The position numbers and the translations under genes are program-made. Shown piece after piece: positions 24,930-36,024 of a stretch of DNA of 64,000 bases. Numbering within the stretch: position 1 is the first letter of the stretch; the number at the start of each line of letters is the position of its first letter. The notes under the pieces are model-generated. The model was not told where the DNA came from. It saw only the letters and a list, made by a program, of their open reading frames with translations, and did no database searches. This DNA comes from Rebecca billardiae RCC1528 (taxonomy: Eukaryota; Protista; Haptophyta), in NCBI GenBank assembly GCA_965240325.2, contig OZ251223.1, positions 3,782,001-3,846,000 of the forward strand, given 5' to 3'.

Positions 24930-24930
<1 letters not shown>

Positions 24931-24931
<1 letters not shown>

Positions 24932-26227
24932 GACCGCGTTCCGCGGTCCTTTTCTGCATAGAATCAACGCAGTTGGGGGCCCGCGGTGGCCGTGCAATCG
25001 CGGCTCTCCGCCGTAGTGGGAGTTCGCCAGTTGAAGTCGGTTCTGAGATGACTGAATAAGCTATATTAGTCCGACCGTCGCCCTGCCTGCGCGACCGCGA
25101 GACTCATTCACACTTCACACAATCACAGCAGCGGACCTGAGACCGCACCCGGCACCGGTCGTCAAATCGGACGTCCGTCTGACAACTAGCTGCCAAATGT
25201 CCAACTGGCTGATCAGCTCGGATCCGACCCGTCCGCGATCGTGCCATCGGCATCGGAATTACTACTAGTAGCTGCCAAACTGTGTCCAACTCTGGCTGAT
25301 CAGCTCGGATCCGACCCGTCCGCGATCGTGCCGAGTGAGTCGTGCCGCGGAGCTCGGAGTACTGAAGGAGTCGGGTGTGACAGCAGGGTGCTTTAGCGCT
25401 GCGGCCCGTGCCAGCCAACGACCAGACGTACTCTGGCCACTTGACCCGTTGCACGGGTGAGTGACCGTACGCCCTGCCTAGTGCCTACCGCGCGCGCCGC
25501 GCGACCGGCGACTCGGGGTGATGGAGAGCGGATGGCGACAGCAGCAGCAGTCCTCATGAAGACGATGAAACTGGCGGCACGGGTGCACGAGGTGGCAGGC
25601 GAAAGCGCGCCGACGAGACCGCATTTGACACACCTGAGCCGCACGCGCGTGCCGTCGCCGAGCTGCGAGCGCTGCAAACGCGCAACCGTACCGCGCGCGC
25701 CACGACGGCGCGGCACTAGCTGATGCAGGCCGTACTGCCGGCACTGCTTCTGCGATCATGCGCCACGGTCGCAGCTGACTGCGTGAGCAGCAAGCGGGAG
25801 GCGGGTCCGGAGGCACGTGCAGGCGCCGTCCCGCACTATCCGCCATCGCCCATCGTGACCGATCGTGCCGGGGCACGTCACCTCCGACGATCCGGATGTG
25901 GCCCAGTCCGGACGTCACGCGATCCGGGAAGACGAGTACGATTCGCTCGTAACGAACCGTTACACTAATGTCACGTCCAGCTGACGTCCAGATCGCACTT
26001 TACTTAAGGGAATCAGCTGGGCGCGGTTTTTTTTTGGCCTGATAGACCTCTCAATGCGATCTCAAAAACTCGAAACTCGGTCTCCGCCAGCCCTAAAAAT
26101 CGCCCCCCGTCCCTTTTTTTTCGCCGCCCCCCGTCCCTTTTTTCTTGATCAAAGATCTTTTTGAAACGTGGTTCGGGCCCGCTGGTGCGGGCTCCACGCT
26201 GCGCGCTCCGCCCTGCACCGCGGGCCA
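24931..26227 (+). mobile_element. Putative non-autonomous element, copy A (ends shared with 33094-35037)
   Basis: The left ~65 bp (TGACCGCGTTCCGCGGTCCTTTTC..GGCCCGCGGTGGC.GTGCA) and right ~190 bp (GATAGACCTCTC..CACCGCGGGCCA) match copy B. No transposase ORF. Confidence 0.55.
25187..25332 (+). repeat. ~60-bp direct duplication (25187-25245 / 25269-25332) inside element A
   Basis: CTGGCTGATCAGCTCGGATCCGACCCGTCCGCGATCGTGCC occurs twice. Confidence 0.9.
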
Positions 26228-26521
26228 TTAGCTATATGAACGGCGCGGATGACGATTGACGCGGCGGCATAAATAAATCAAGCAGCGTGATGATGACGAT
26301 GATAAAGCGACCGCGCGCGTCCGTGGCAACACTGTGACTTAGATGCAGCCGTGCCCGTGGCCGTGATCGCGCGTGTTCCGTCGTGTGTCTCGTGTGAGAC
26401 GTGTCGTCCGTCGATGCTGTTGATGATGATCGCCGGATCGGCGGATCGCGAGCCGTCATCCGGTCGCGCATCAGTTCCATCATCGCTGTTCAACGTGCCA
26501 TGAGACGCGAGCGCCGCGACA

Positions 26522-27334
26522 TCACTTCTGCGCGCCGAGCGACATCTTGCGCAGCATGGGTTCAAGCATCCGTCCCGCCCCCGCACGGCTCATGATGCGC
26601 GTCTGCATGCCCACGATAAAACTGTTCTTGAATCCGGCGACCACGCTGGGCTTGCGGCCAAGCGCCTGGAACGCGATGCGCACGACCTCGTCGGGGCTCA
26701 TGATCGTCATGCCCCCCTTGATGAGATCGGCCTTCATATCCGCGATCATGGGCGTGTCCACCGGTCCGGGCGAGAGCACTGTCACGTCCACATTCTTGTC
26801 CTTCATCTCGACGTGGAGGCTCTCACCAAGCACGAGGATGTACGCCTTGGTGGCGTGGTACTGCGCCATGAATGGGCCGGCCGTGTACCCACTAAGGCTG
26901 CTGATCAGCACGATGGCGCCCCTGTGCCGCGACGCCATGCGACCGCCAAAGTGCCGAGCGAGCTTGGAGGGAGCAGACACATTCAGAAAGTCCATGCGGT
27001 CCGCTGTAGCGGGATCCTGGTCGACGAAGTAGCCCTTGGACTCAACGGCAGCGCAGGGCACGAGGAGGCCGATTTCCAGGTCTTCGGTGCCCGCAATAAT
27101 CGCGTCCACGCCCACCTGCGTCGACGTGTCTGCCTCGACGATGCGCACATCCACCGCATGCGTGGCGCGGATGCTCTGTGCCGTGCTCTCGAGGTTCGCC
27201 GCGCGGCGCGCAACAATCACCACGTTCATACCCGCCGCCGCGCAGTACCGCGCGAATGCTTCCCCGATGCCTGACGATGCACCGATCACGAGGGCCCAGC
27301 CGCCGTACTTGTCCGTCAGGGAAGGATTCGGCAT
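26522..27334 (-). CDS. Short-chain dehydrogenase/reductase (classical SDR), intronless, 270 aa
   Basis: KYGGWALVIGASSGIG Rossmann motif, VARR basic motif (NADP type), catalytic Ser in ISS and YHATK. ATG at 27334. Confidence 0.92.
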   Translation of the reverse strand: MPNPSLTDKYGGWALVIGASSGIGEAFARYCAAAGMNVVIVARRAANLESTAQSIRATHAVDVRIVEADTSTQVGVDAIIAGTEDLEIGLLVPCAAVESKGYFVDQDPATADRMDFLNVSAPSKLARHFGGRMASRHRGAIVLISSLSGYTAGPFMAQYHATKAYILVLGESLHVEMKDKNVDVTVLSPGPVDTPMIADMKADLIKGGMTIMSPDEVVRIAFQALGRKPSVVAGFKNSFIVGMQTRIMSRAGAGRMLEPMLRKMSLGAQK

Positions 27335-28127
27335 GGCGCTTGCAGTGGCGGGGACCAGCACGCGAGCGGCGAGTGTCGGCGTCGAGTGTCGGCAACGAGC
27401 GCGCGGCGGCGTCGAGTCCTCCGCTTGAAAGTTGAAACGGATAACATTTTCAATTTGGCTGATTTAGGCCTTGGCTGCGGCGGCAGGGGAGCCGCTGCGG
27501 CGTAGCTCATGAACAGCGCAGGCAGGTGTTTGGCGCGGCTGCACTCTCGAGGTGGCTGGGATACAACATCCAGGTGCAGCACCCTCCCCGTGTGGTGTCA
27601 GAGTGCGCTCTCGAGCGCGTGCCTCCGAGCGCGGGGCGGCCGCTTGCTGCAATGGCCGCCTCGATGAGGTGCGGCAACGCGCCCGCCTCACCTACTGTCA
27701 CCTGCCTGCGGCGCCGGTCTGTTTTGTGGCAGTGTCTTTGTGCAGTGTTGGATACTTGGATCCGGCGTCAATCACGCCTTCACCAAGTGTGCATGCACTG
27801 TGCATAGCCATACGGTTGGCGGCATACGGGCGTATACACGGGCACGGCGGCACCGGGCGTATATATATATATATATATGCATGCATGCACGCCGCCTGCA
27901 TGCACGCCGCCACGCGGCCTGACGCGCCCTCACGAGTACGGGCTACGGCGCGGCCTCGCGGGCCTCGGCCGGGGCCGCCCGGGGCTCGTCAGCGCTTCCG
28001 ATATATATACCAGGCGGCTTGACAGTTGATGCGGCACGATCGAGTTAGAGTGCGGGATGTCACGGCCACGGCGCACGGGCGCCTGTAGCGATTCAGCCGC
28101 CTCAATTATCGTCCAGCATTGAGCGCG

Positions 28128-29780
28128 CTAGCGCTGCTCGTGACTCCGCAGCCCGATGGGGTTCTGTCCACGAACGATCGCGGCATGCACCGCAGTGCTC
28201 ACCGCTGTGGAAACTGTCGCCGCCGAGCGCAGCAGCTGGTGTCCGGATAGCCACGGCGACAGGTCGGGGCTCACAAGGGCATGTGCGCGACGCACATCTT
28301 CATGCACAAGCGCGGAGGCTCCGGCCCACACCGCGAGGTGCGCGCGCTCACGGCCGAGGGCGATGGTCGGCCGGACACTTGGAACGTTTGACAGAAGCTG
28401 CGCTGTCCGCAGCTCGGAGGTGAGTCGCGCGTCGATGCCGCGGATGCGCGCGCCGCGTCCATGCAGCACGATTGCACGGTACACTGGGGCCCTATCCTCC
28501 TCGTCAACGAGCTGGATCACGCGCGAGACGAGCTGCAGGACGCTCGCCGAGTCATGCAGGCCAGCGCCAGCACCGCGGGGCCCCTGCTCGCCGGCAGTGC
28601 CGCGCGCCGCCGCGCCAGAAGCGAGCGCCCCGTCGGGCCCAGCGCCGAACCAGTGCTCGAAGCACGCGAAGCGCTCGGCAGCAATGGCGAGCTTGCCATA
28701 CCCGCGCAGCTGTATGTCGATCCTTCCGATCTCCAGCTCGTCTGGCTGCACCGGGCGCCGAGCCGGTGCGATGGCGCGCACGTAACCGAGCTCGTGCAGA
28801 CGGCCGCCCAGCTCATCGGCAACTGCCTCAGCGGAGTCGTGCTGCCCGCTGGCGAGGCCAAGCGCGGCCACGCTCGAGCAGAGCTCGTCAAGCGCCGTGG
28901 TGGTGCCGACGGAGACGACCACCTGCCCGCCCACGGCTGAGAGGCCGCCCGCGCTCGGGGTGCCCCCCGAGGACGCGCTTGGGAGAGCGCCAGATGTCGT
29001 GCACGCTCGCCCAAAATGTGGCTGGGCCGCTCGGCCACCCCCGCGGGCGACCACGTGGCGACCGCCACGCAAAGCCGCCGCGCTGGCGTACTCGTCACCG
29101 ATGAAGAGCGAGATGCCGGTCCCCACGCCGGCGGCATGCATCGCCGCCACGTCCGCATCCACAAAGCGCACCCTCGCAACAGCGTGCTTGAAGAGCACGA
29201 GCGCAAGCCCGCTCACGTCCGCAACCGAGTCGCGCCGCGAGACGACCACACACATGTCCGCCTGGTCGGCAGGGACGCCGATCGTGTCGAGCATGTTCAC
29301 AATGGTGTCGGCACTGGCCTCGACGTCCTGCAGCCGCCCGTCGGCGCGCAAGCGTGCTGGCGAGCGGTCGGAAAGCGCACTGGGCTCGCTGTCGCCCGCA
29401 AAGCCGATGCGCACACGCCTCGACTCGATCTCCACAACGATGGCCGTCTCCGAGCGCACTGCCCGGACATAAGCGTCCCGCCATCTGACGGGCCAGTCGC
29501 GAAGGTGTTTGAACGCTCGACGGACCTCCATGAGCACCTCATCACTGCGGCGCGATGTGCACGCCTCGGCCATACGCCGGTGAGCGTCGTGAGACCACGC
29601 ACGACGCGCAAAGAGCTGCTTCCACAGGTCGTCGGCGCTGGCGACGGCAAGCGCAGCCTTCGAGGCACGCGCAAAGGCCAGCAGGGCGCCCACGGGCAGG
29701 AACGACAACGCATGCGCAACGCATTCCGGAGGCAGCTGGAGCAGCGTCCTCACCTCGAGAGCATTTTCGTCATCCGCCAT
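28128..29780 (-). CDS. F-box plus divergent actin-fold protein (plant ARP8-like architecture)
   Basis: F-box LLQLPPECVAHALSFLPV..LWKQL. Actin-like motifs IGFAGDSEP, AMHAAGVGTGISLFIGD, ERFACFEHWF, IVLHGRGARIRGIDARLTSEL, AVWAGASAL. Confidence 0.8.
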   Translation of the reverse strand: MADDENALEVRTLLQLPPECVAHALSFLPVGALLAFARASKAALAVASADDLWKQLFARRAWSHDAHRRMAEACTSRRSDEVLMEVRRAFKHLRDWPVRWRDAYVRAVRSETAIVVEIESRRVRIGFAGDSEPSALSDRSPARLRADGRLQDVEASADTIVNMLDTIGVPADQADMCVVVSRRDSVADVSGLALVLFKHAVARVRFVDADVAAMHAAGVGTGISLFIGDEYASAAALRGGRHVVARGGGRAAQPHFGRACTTSGALPSASSGGTPSAGGLSAVGGQVVVSVGTTTALDELCSSVAALGLASGQHDSAEAVADELGGRLHELGYVRAIAPARRPVQPDELEIGRIDIQLRGYGKLAIAAERFACFEHWFGAGPDGALASGAAARGTAGEQGPRGAGAGLHDSASVLQLVSRVIQLVDEEDRAPVYRAIVLHGRGARIRGIDARLTSELRTAQLLSNVPSVRPTIALGRERAHLAVWAGASALVHEDVRRAHALVSPDLSPWLSGHQLLRSAATVSTAVSTAVHAAIVRGQNPIGLRSHEQR

Positions 29781-29966
29781 GCTGACGCGAGGTCGCCGGG
29801 CGGCTCTACCTTGGTACGGGCCCGGAATTCGGCGGACTCCCAGACTTGCCGGACAAGTCCCGGGCGACTCCCCCAGCCCGGCCGTCGTCGGTGCCCACCG
29901 CACTACCGCAGCGGTGAACGTTCACGGGAACACTCACCGCCGACGCCGAGGGCGTCTCCGCCGGCC

Positions 29967-32928
29967 ATGGCCAAGACCGAGGACTCCAAGCCCATCGGCC
30001 GAGCAGGCGCGATGTCGGACTCTGCGCCGGGCATGCTGGTGGCCATGAGCGCGCTGGTCGTCGTGTGCATGGCCGTGATCGCCACGCACCGCAGCCTGCT
30101 CGTCGACCTGCTCCGGAGCAATCAGCTCGTCCAAGCGTTCGTCGCGTCGACCGTGTTTGGCGTCTTGTCATACAGCCTGGTGACGATCGGGAACATCTGC
30201 GTGTCGTACGTGCGAGCGGCCACACTCTGCTCGGTCACCATCACAAACAAGGACGAGTGCTTTGACAAGATCGTCGATTACATCGGCCAGCAGGGCATCA
30301 CGATGTCGGGTGCGCTGATGGCGCAGACCAAGAAGCACAAGGAGACCTTCAAGTCATGGAGGGAGGAGTTCTTCATGGGCACGCGCCGGGCGCCCGAGAT
30401 CGAGTACCGGCCGGCGAACAACAACGATGTCCACGTATTCACGTACAAGGGCCGGCGCATGATCATGGCGCGCTCGAAGGGCGAGACCGTGATTGCGGGC
30501 TGGGAGCGGCAGCCTTTGGAGATGGAGACGCTCACGCTGTCCACGTGGGGCGGCGACTCGTCGGCGATCCGCGGGCTGATCGATGACGCGATCAACCAGG
30601 CGTTCCAGGAGATCTCGGAGGACCTGAACGTGTACGTCCTCTCGTCCAACTGGTTTGGCACGTGGGAGCGCGCGATGACCAAGAAGCCGCGGCCGATCAG
30701 CTCGGTCATCCTCGACGAGGACCTCGCCGACGGGCTGCTGAGCGACGCGCGCGACTTCCGCGCCTCCGCCGAGTGGTACGAGAGCGTGGGCATCCCGTAC
30801 CGCCGCGGGTACTTGCTGTACGGGCCGCCGGGCTGCGGCAAGACGTCGTTTGTGCAGGCGCTCGCGGGCGCGCTCAAGCTCGACCTGTGCATGCTCACGC
30901 TCTCAAACAAGTCGCTCGACGACACCTCGCTCGCAGAGAACCTGCGCGAGGCGCCGGCCAACTCGATCGTGCTGCTGGAGGACGTGGATGCTGTCTTCGT
31001 AGAGCGCTCCACCTCGACCGAGTCGCACAACGCGGGCGTGACCTTCTCAGGCCTGCTCAACGCCATCGACGGCGTGGCCTCTCAGGAGGGCCGGCTCTTC
31101 TTCATGTGCGCTCACGCGCGCTCACACGCGCCCTCACGCGCGCCCTCACGCGAGGCGCCCGCACGCTCAGCTGCCCGCACACCCCGCCGCTCCCGCGCGC
31201 GCGCGCGCAGGACGACCAACCACATCGACAAGCTCGACCCCGCGCTGATCCGGCCCGGCCGGTGCGACGTCAAGGTGGAGCTGCGGCGCGCGTCGCGCTC
31301 GCAGGCGGCGCAGCTCTTCGAGCGGTTCTTCCCGGGCGAGCACGAGCGCGCGAGCGTGTTCGCGGCGCAGCTGCCGCAGAACGAGCTGTCGATGGCGCAG
31401 CTCCAAGGTGCGTCCCGCCGCGCGCCGCGCGACGCCCTGCCCGCGCGCCGCGCCCAGCGCTGACGCGCGCGCGCTGCTGGCGTGCGCAGGCTACCTGCTC
31501 GAGCACAAGGGGGACCCCAGCCGCGCGCTCAAGCACGTGCCCCGGCTGCTCCGCGTGAACAAGCCGGCCGACGTGGACCGCATGACGACGTACGAGCACC
31601 TCCGCCGCGTGGGGCTCGAGCGGTGGGCGTGCGAGTTTGAGTACCAGGGGTACGAGATGGCGGCAGGGCTCAAGGGGCTCGGCCTGGACGTGGTGAAGGG
31701 CTGGTCGCTCGAGCTGCGGCTGGACGACGCGAGCGCGCGGCGGCTCGAGCTGCTGCTGTCCGAGGACAAGGCGCTGATGGAGGACTACCAGCTCGCCGAC
31801 CTCGCCACCGTGAAGGACATGTTCATGGGCACGTTTGGTGTCTCCGCAGACGGCGCGGACGGCGCCGATGCCAGCGCGCGCTCGCGCGCCGCGTCGCTCG
31901 TCGTCTCGGTCCCGCCGTCGCCGCGGGCCACACCGCAGGCCTCGTCGGAGGGGATGAAGCGGGGTGCGATCGACTCGGCCGAGGCGAGCTACATCTCGCA
32001 GCTGGCCGACGAGCTGTGCGCGCGCGTGCAGCGTGACGGCAAGGGCGCGGCGTCGCGCTGGCAGCTGCGCCGCCACCTTAGCCGCTTCGGAGACGACGCT
32101 CAGCTGTGCGTGGGCACGGCGCACATGCTGGTCGCGCCGCGCGCGCTGGGCGCGGAGACGCTTCTCGACGACGCGCCCACGTTCGCCCTCCTCCGGCGCG
32201 CGTGCCTCGAGGAGCACGCGCACGCGCTCGAGGACGGCGGCTTCGGCTGCGTGCGCGAGCTGACGGGCCGGCTGACGGAGACGGTGCTCAAGGACGAGCT
32301 GGGCATCAAGGGCGCGGCGCAGGCGAGTCTGCTCGCCATCGTGGGCACGGACGGCGGGCTTCCGCACGTGCGCCGGCGGTGCACGCTCGCGGACCGCCGC
32401 CGCGTGCGCGAGGCCTTCATGCGCGCGTTCACGCCGCCGGGCCGGGCCGTCGAGGCCCAGACGAGCGATCTGGCCACCAAGCTCGCCGCCACGCTCTCGG
32501 ACGAGGCCGGCGAAGGGCTGGTCTCGATCGCGCAGCTCGAGGCGCACCTGAGCCGGCACAAGGCGACAGGCGGGGAGGCGTGCGTGAGCGCGGCTCGCGC
32601 CGAGCTGCTCGACGCGCCGCGCCCCGAGCGGCCGCCCGCCGCCGAGCCGGAAGCGCCGACCGAGTGGGTGCACGGCTGGCTCACGCAGGCTGGCCTCGGG
32701 GAGCTCTCGAGCAAGTTCATCGATGCTAAGCTCTGCGAGCGGACGGACCTGCTCGCTGAGCCTGCGCTCCAGCTGAGTGACCTGAAGGAGATTGGCATCG
32801 ACAAGCCTGGCGATCAGAGGCGCATGCTCGCGCTGCTCAAAGAGCTGCGTGCTGGCAGCAAGGGCGGGCTTTCATCCATCGCGAACGGGACGGCGATCTC
32901 TCCGATCAAGATGCCCCAGTGGAATTGA
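29967..32928 (+). CDS. BCS1: BCS1-like AAA ATPase with C-terminal SAM-domain repeats. Exons 29967-31105, 31211-31407, 31490-32928.
   Basis: N-terminal TM segments, BCS1_N-like METLTLST, GIPYRRGYLLYGPPGCGKTS (Walker A), LLEDVD (Walker B), VTFSGLLNAIDG. Splicing restores FFM-TTN and SMAQLQG-YLL. Confidence 0.88.
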
Positions 32929-33266
32929 CGACTGACAAGTCGTAGCTCGCCAGCTCGGCTAACCCCAATCGATCGATGCATGCATGGCCAGCACAGTCGG
33001 AGCACTCTCGTCCTCGATGATACCCGCGCGCTACTTGTCACTCATCAGCAGCAGTCGTAGTATATATATATACTTATTACTACATCAGATCTATGACCGC
33101 GTTCCGCGGTCCTTTTCCGTAGAACGAACGTAGTTCGGGGCCCGCGGTGGCGGTGCACCCTCCGTCGCGCAGTCGTCTATTGAGTTATTGAGTTAATTGT
33201 GATTCGGACACGGACCAGTTGGCAGAGTGGCAGCCAATGCCCGTAGTGGCCGTACAACTACTGTTA

Positions 33267-33384
33267 AACGAATTTTCCGGCGGCGCTACCATCGGCGACG
33301 GCTTCATGGGCGGTGACAGTTGGCGGGCGTCAATCTCGCCTGCCTGAGCTGTGTGCGTCTCTTATTCTTAGTAATAAACTGTAG
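33267..33384 (+). repeat. ~120-bp dispersed repeat, inverted copy at 43351-43474
   Basis: TTTTCCGGCGGCGCTACCATCGGCGACGGCTTCAT..GGCGGGCGTCAATCTCGCCTGCC..GCGTCTCTTATTCTTAGT is the reverse complement of the sequence at 43351-43474. Confidence 0.9.
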
Positions 33385-33488
33385 TATAGACTCTGACAGC
33401 GGCGCGCCGCCGCCTCGGCCGCGCCGGGCGGGCCCAGTCCGGCAGCCGCCGCCGCCGCGGCGCCGATATTGTGTACAGGCGGATGCGA

Positions 33489-33790
33489 CGAGGCGTGATC
33501 GACGCATGAGCGCGACTCCACGTGCACGCCAGGCCACGCGGAGCTGACAGCCAGGGAGCACGGTGCGGGGCCGCGGATTCGTTCGGGCCGCTGCGCCTGC
33601 TGCTGACCGCGCTGTCCGGTCACCGCGCGCAGGCAGCGGCCACGGGATAGATGATTTGCACTGGTCCGAGTAGGGTTCGACCAGCGCCTGCGCGACGGCC
33701 GACAGGCGGGCGCGAGGCGTGATCGACGCATGAGCGCAACTCTACGTGCACGCCAGGCCACGCGGAGCTGACAGCCAGGGAGCACGGTGC
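33489..33790 (+). repeat. 78-bp direct repeat (33489-33566 / 33713-33790)
   Basis: CGAGGCGTGATCGACGCATGAGCGC..GGGAGCACGGTGC occurs twice with 2 mismatches. Confidence 0.92.
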
Positions 33791-34489
33791 CGCGGTGCGA
33801 GGCGAGGCCGCGGATTTGAGCCGAGCAGCCACAGCACCGGTGCCTTCGCGCGCGCCGCGCGTGGACCGGGTGACACACCTCGGTCAGGCTCGGCACGCGT
33901 CGCAGAGGCACGGCCAGCTCTGGGAGCGTCGCGCACCACCGTCGCCCGCGCTGCTCGTCCTCCTATGTCCGTCCGTCCAGCGCTAGACAGACTTGCCGGC
34001 GCGGGCTGATGACCCAGCCATTTCAACTTTCATGCAAGCATGCCGCTCTGCGCATCGATGGGACACGCGTGCGGAGGCGCGTGGCGGCGCACTCGAGGTG
34101 AGCAGGGCGCGAGGGGAAGACTGACGTCCGCGGGACCCCGCCACCACTGCCCGCTGCCCAGGCGCCGTGTGTCACGGCAGCGTACAGACAGTACCGTCGC
34201 CTGCTCGGTTAGTCCGTCTTCCGTGGGAGACCCCGGGAAGGCATGACGAGGGGGGCGCGTGGTGAAGTCGGAGACTCGACGGCCGTCGGGGCCCACCACA
34301 GCCGCGCGCTCCAGACGCCACTCGCCGCGCGCACCTCGTGACTGGCGTGAGCGGGCGACTGGCGGGCGAGTTCGGCCTCGTCCCTCGGGCGGGCTCGTGG
34401 CAACTTCGTCGCCCGCCCCGCCGCGGCCGCCTCAGGGCGATATTTAATAATACAAACGGGTGACACGCGCGCCTGAATGTCGATGATTC

Positions 34490-34727
34490 TCGATAGGATC
34501 CTGTAGCAGTCCATGAAGCATATATATATATGGATACGAAGCGCTGTAAATGTTCACCAGTGAATATACCACCCCGGCGACGAAGCTTTTTGCTGTCGAT
34601 GGTAATTAATTCATCGACGATCACCTGTCGGTTCGATGGGATCCCGTAGCAGTCCATGAACCATAATGGATACGAAGCGCTGTAAATGTTCTCCAACGAA
34701 TATACGACCCCGCGACGAAGATTTTGC
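34490..34727 (+). repeat. ~100-bp degenerate direct repeat (34490-34593 / 34633-34727)
   Basis: GTAGCAGTCCATGAA..ATGGATACGAAGCGCTGTAAATGTTC..GAATATAC..GCGACGAAG occurs twice. Confidence 0.88.
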
Positions 34728-36024
34728 CGCTAACGATGTGTAAAAATAGCCTCAAAGAAGCTGACGCTTGTATTGGACTTGTAACCGTCCTACTTCACAC
34801 AAGTGAACTCTCACGCCCGGCCGTCCACGATTGATTAGGGAAATCTCTGTGGGCGCGGTCATTTCGACCGGGATAGACCTCTCTATGCGATCTCAAAAAT
34901 CGAAATTCGGTCTCCGCCAGCCCTAAAAATCGGCCCCCGTCCCTTTTTCTTGCTGATGATCAAAGATCTTTTTGAAACGTGGTTCGGGCCCGCACTGCGG
35001 GCTCCACGCTGCGCGCTCCGCCCCGCACCGCGGGCCATAATTTAAGAATCTAGCACGCGGCATTCCGAAGTACGTACTTGTCCGAGCTACGACGACTACG
35101 GTAATTATAGCGCGCCTGATGAGTGATGCTTCAGCTGAGTAGTTAGCACTGCGCTGTTATGACGAGAGTCTATATATATAGCATCAGCACTACTGCTGCT
35201 ACTGACTTAGCTAGCGACGCTGATGATGTATTATCGTCAGTAGGATGACTATTGAAGACGCGTGTTACAGCCCGGAGCCGCCGCAGGCTCTACTCACTAC
35301 TCGACACTAAGCTACTGCCGCCATAGCGCGCAGTGTGAGTGACAGTGTCGTCGCGTCAACAAATAATAATATATATAGCTTAACTTGCGCAGACGGCAGA
35401 GCAGTCTGTAGTCTGTCGCCTGAGCCCGTCGCCGCGAGCTCGTCGTCATATGCTAGTTACTTCAAGACACTAAGACAGTACTGCTTCCGACTTCGATACT
35501 AGTCGCGTGCTCCGCCGGCGGCGCCCGGTTACGAGTCAAAGACGTCCGATCAGTCCCAGGAGCAAGCGCGGGGCTGCATGAGCCGTGAGGCGGGCGTATG
35601 TAATGAACCACGATCGGGCACTGCGGGCGTCACTGCCGACGACGAATCAGGAGACCTGCGCCGTCCTACCTGTGTCGTTAAATCATAGAATGAGTCTATA
35701 CAGATGATGGACCGTGTGCCGATCCCCGTCCCGCCTCCCAGTCCCGGACCCGGGACCGTGGTCCGTGCAACGTACTCTCTGAAGTCTCTGATTCTGCGCC
35801 TTATTACAGTACTGGGTGGACTGCTCGTCGAACGAAATATCGCGCGTCATTGTTGGCGGGTACCATCGTCCCTACGATGCTATCAGCACAGATATCTGCT
35901 GATCACTGACAATAATACCCGCGGCGGCCCGTCACGCGGCCCGACGAAAGACGTTACCATATCATTCGTCTGCTGCCGCCGCGCGTCACGGTCGTAGCCT
36001 GGCAACAGCTCATGCGCCTCATAA

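Larger units (their letters stand above)
33094..35037 (+). mobile_element. Putative non-autonomous element, copy B, flanked by TA on both sides
   Basis: TA|TGACCGCG...CGGGCCA|TA. Ends match copy A; the interior is different and has internal duplications. Confidence 0.55.

Noticed and set aside
29016-29966. 317-aa N-terminal extension of the BCS1-like ORF
   Set aside because: It overlaps the F-box/actin gene in antisense and starts at a non-ATG codon. ATG 29967 is the plausible start.
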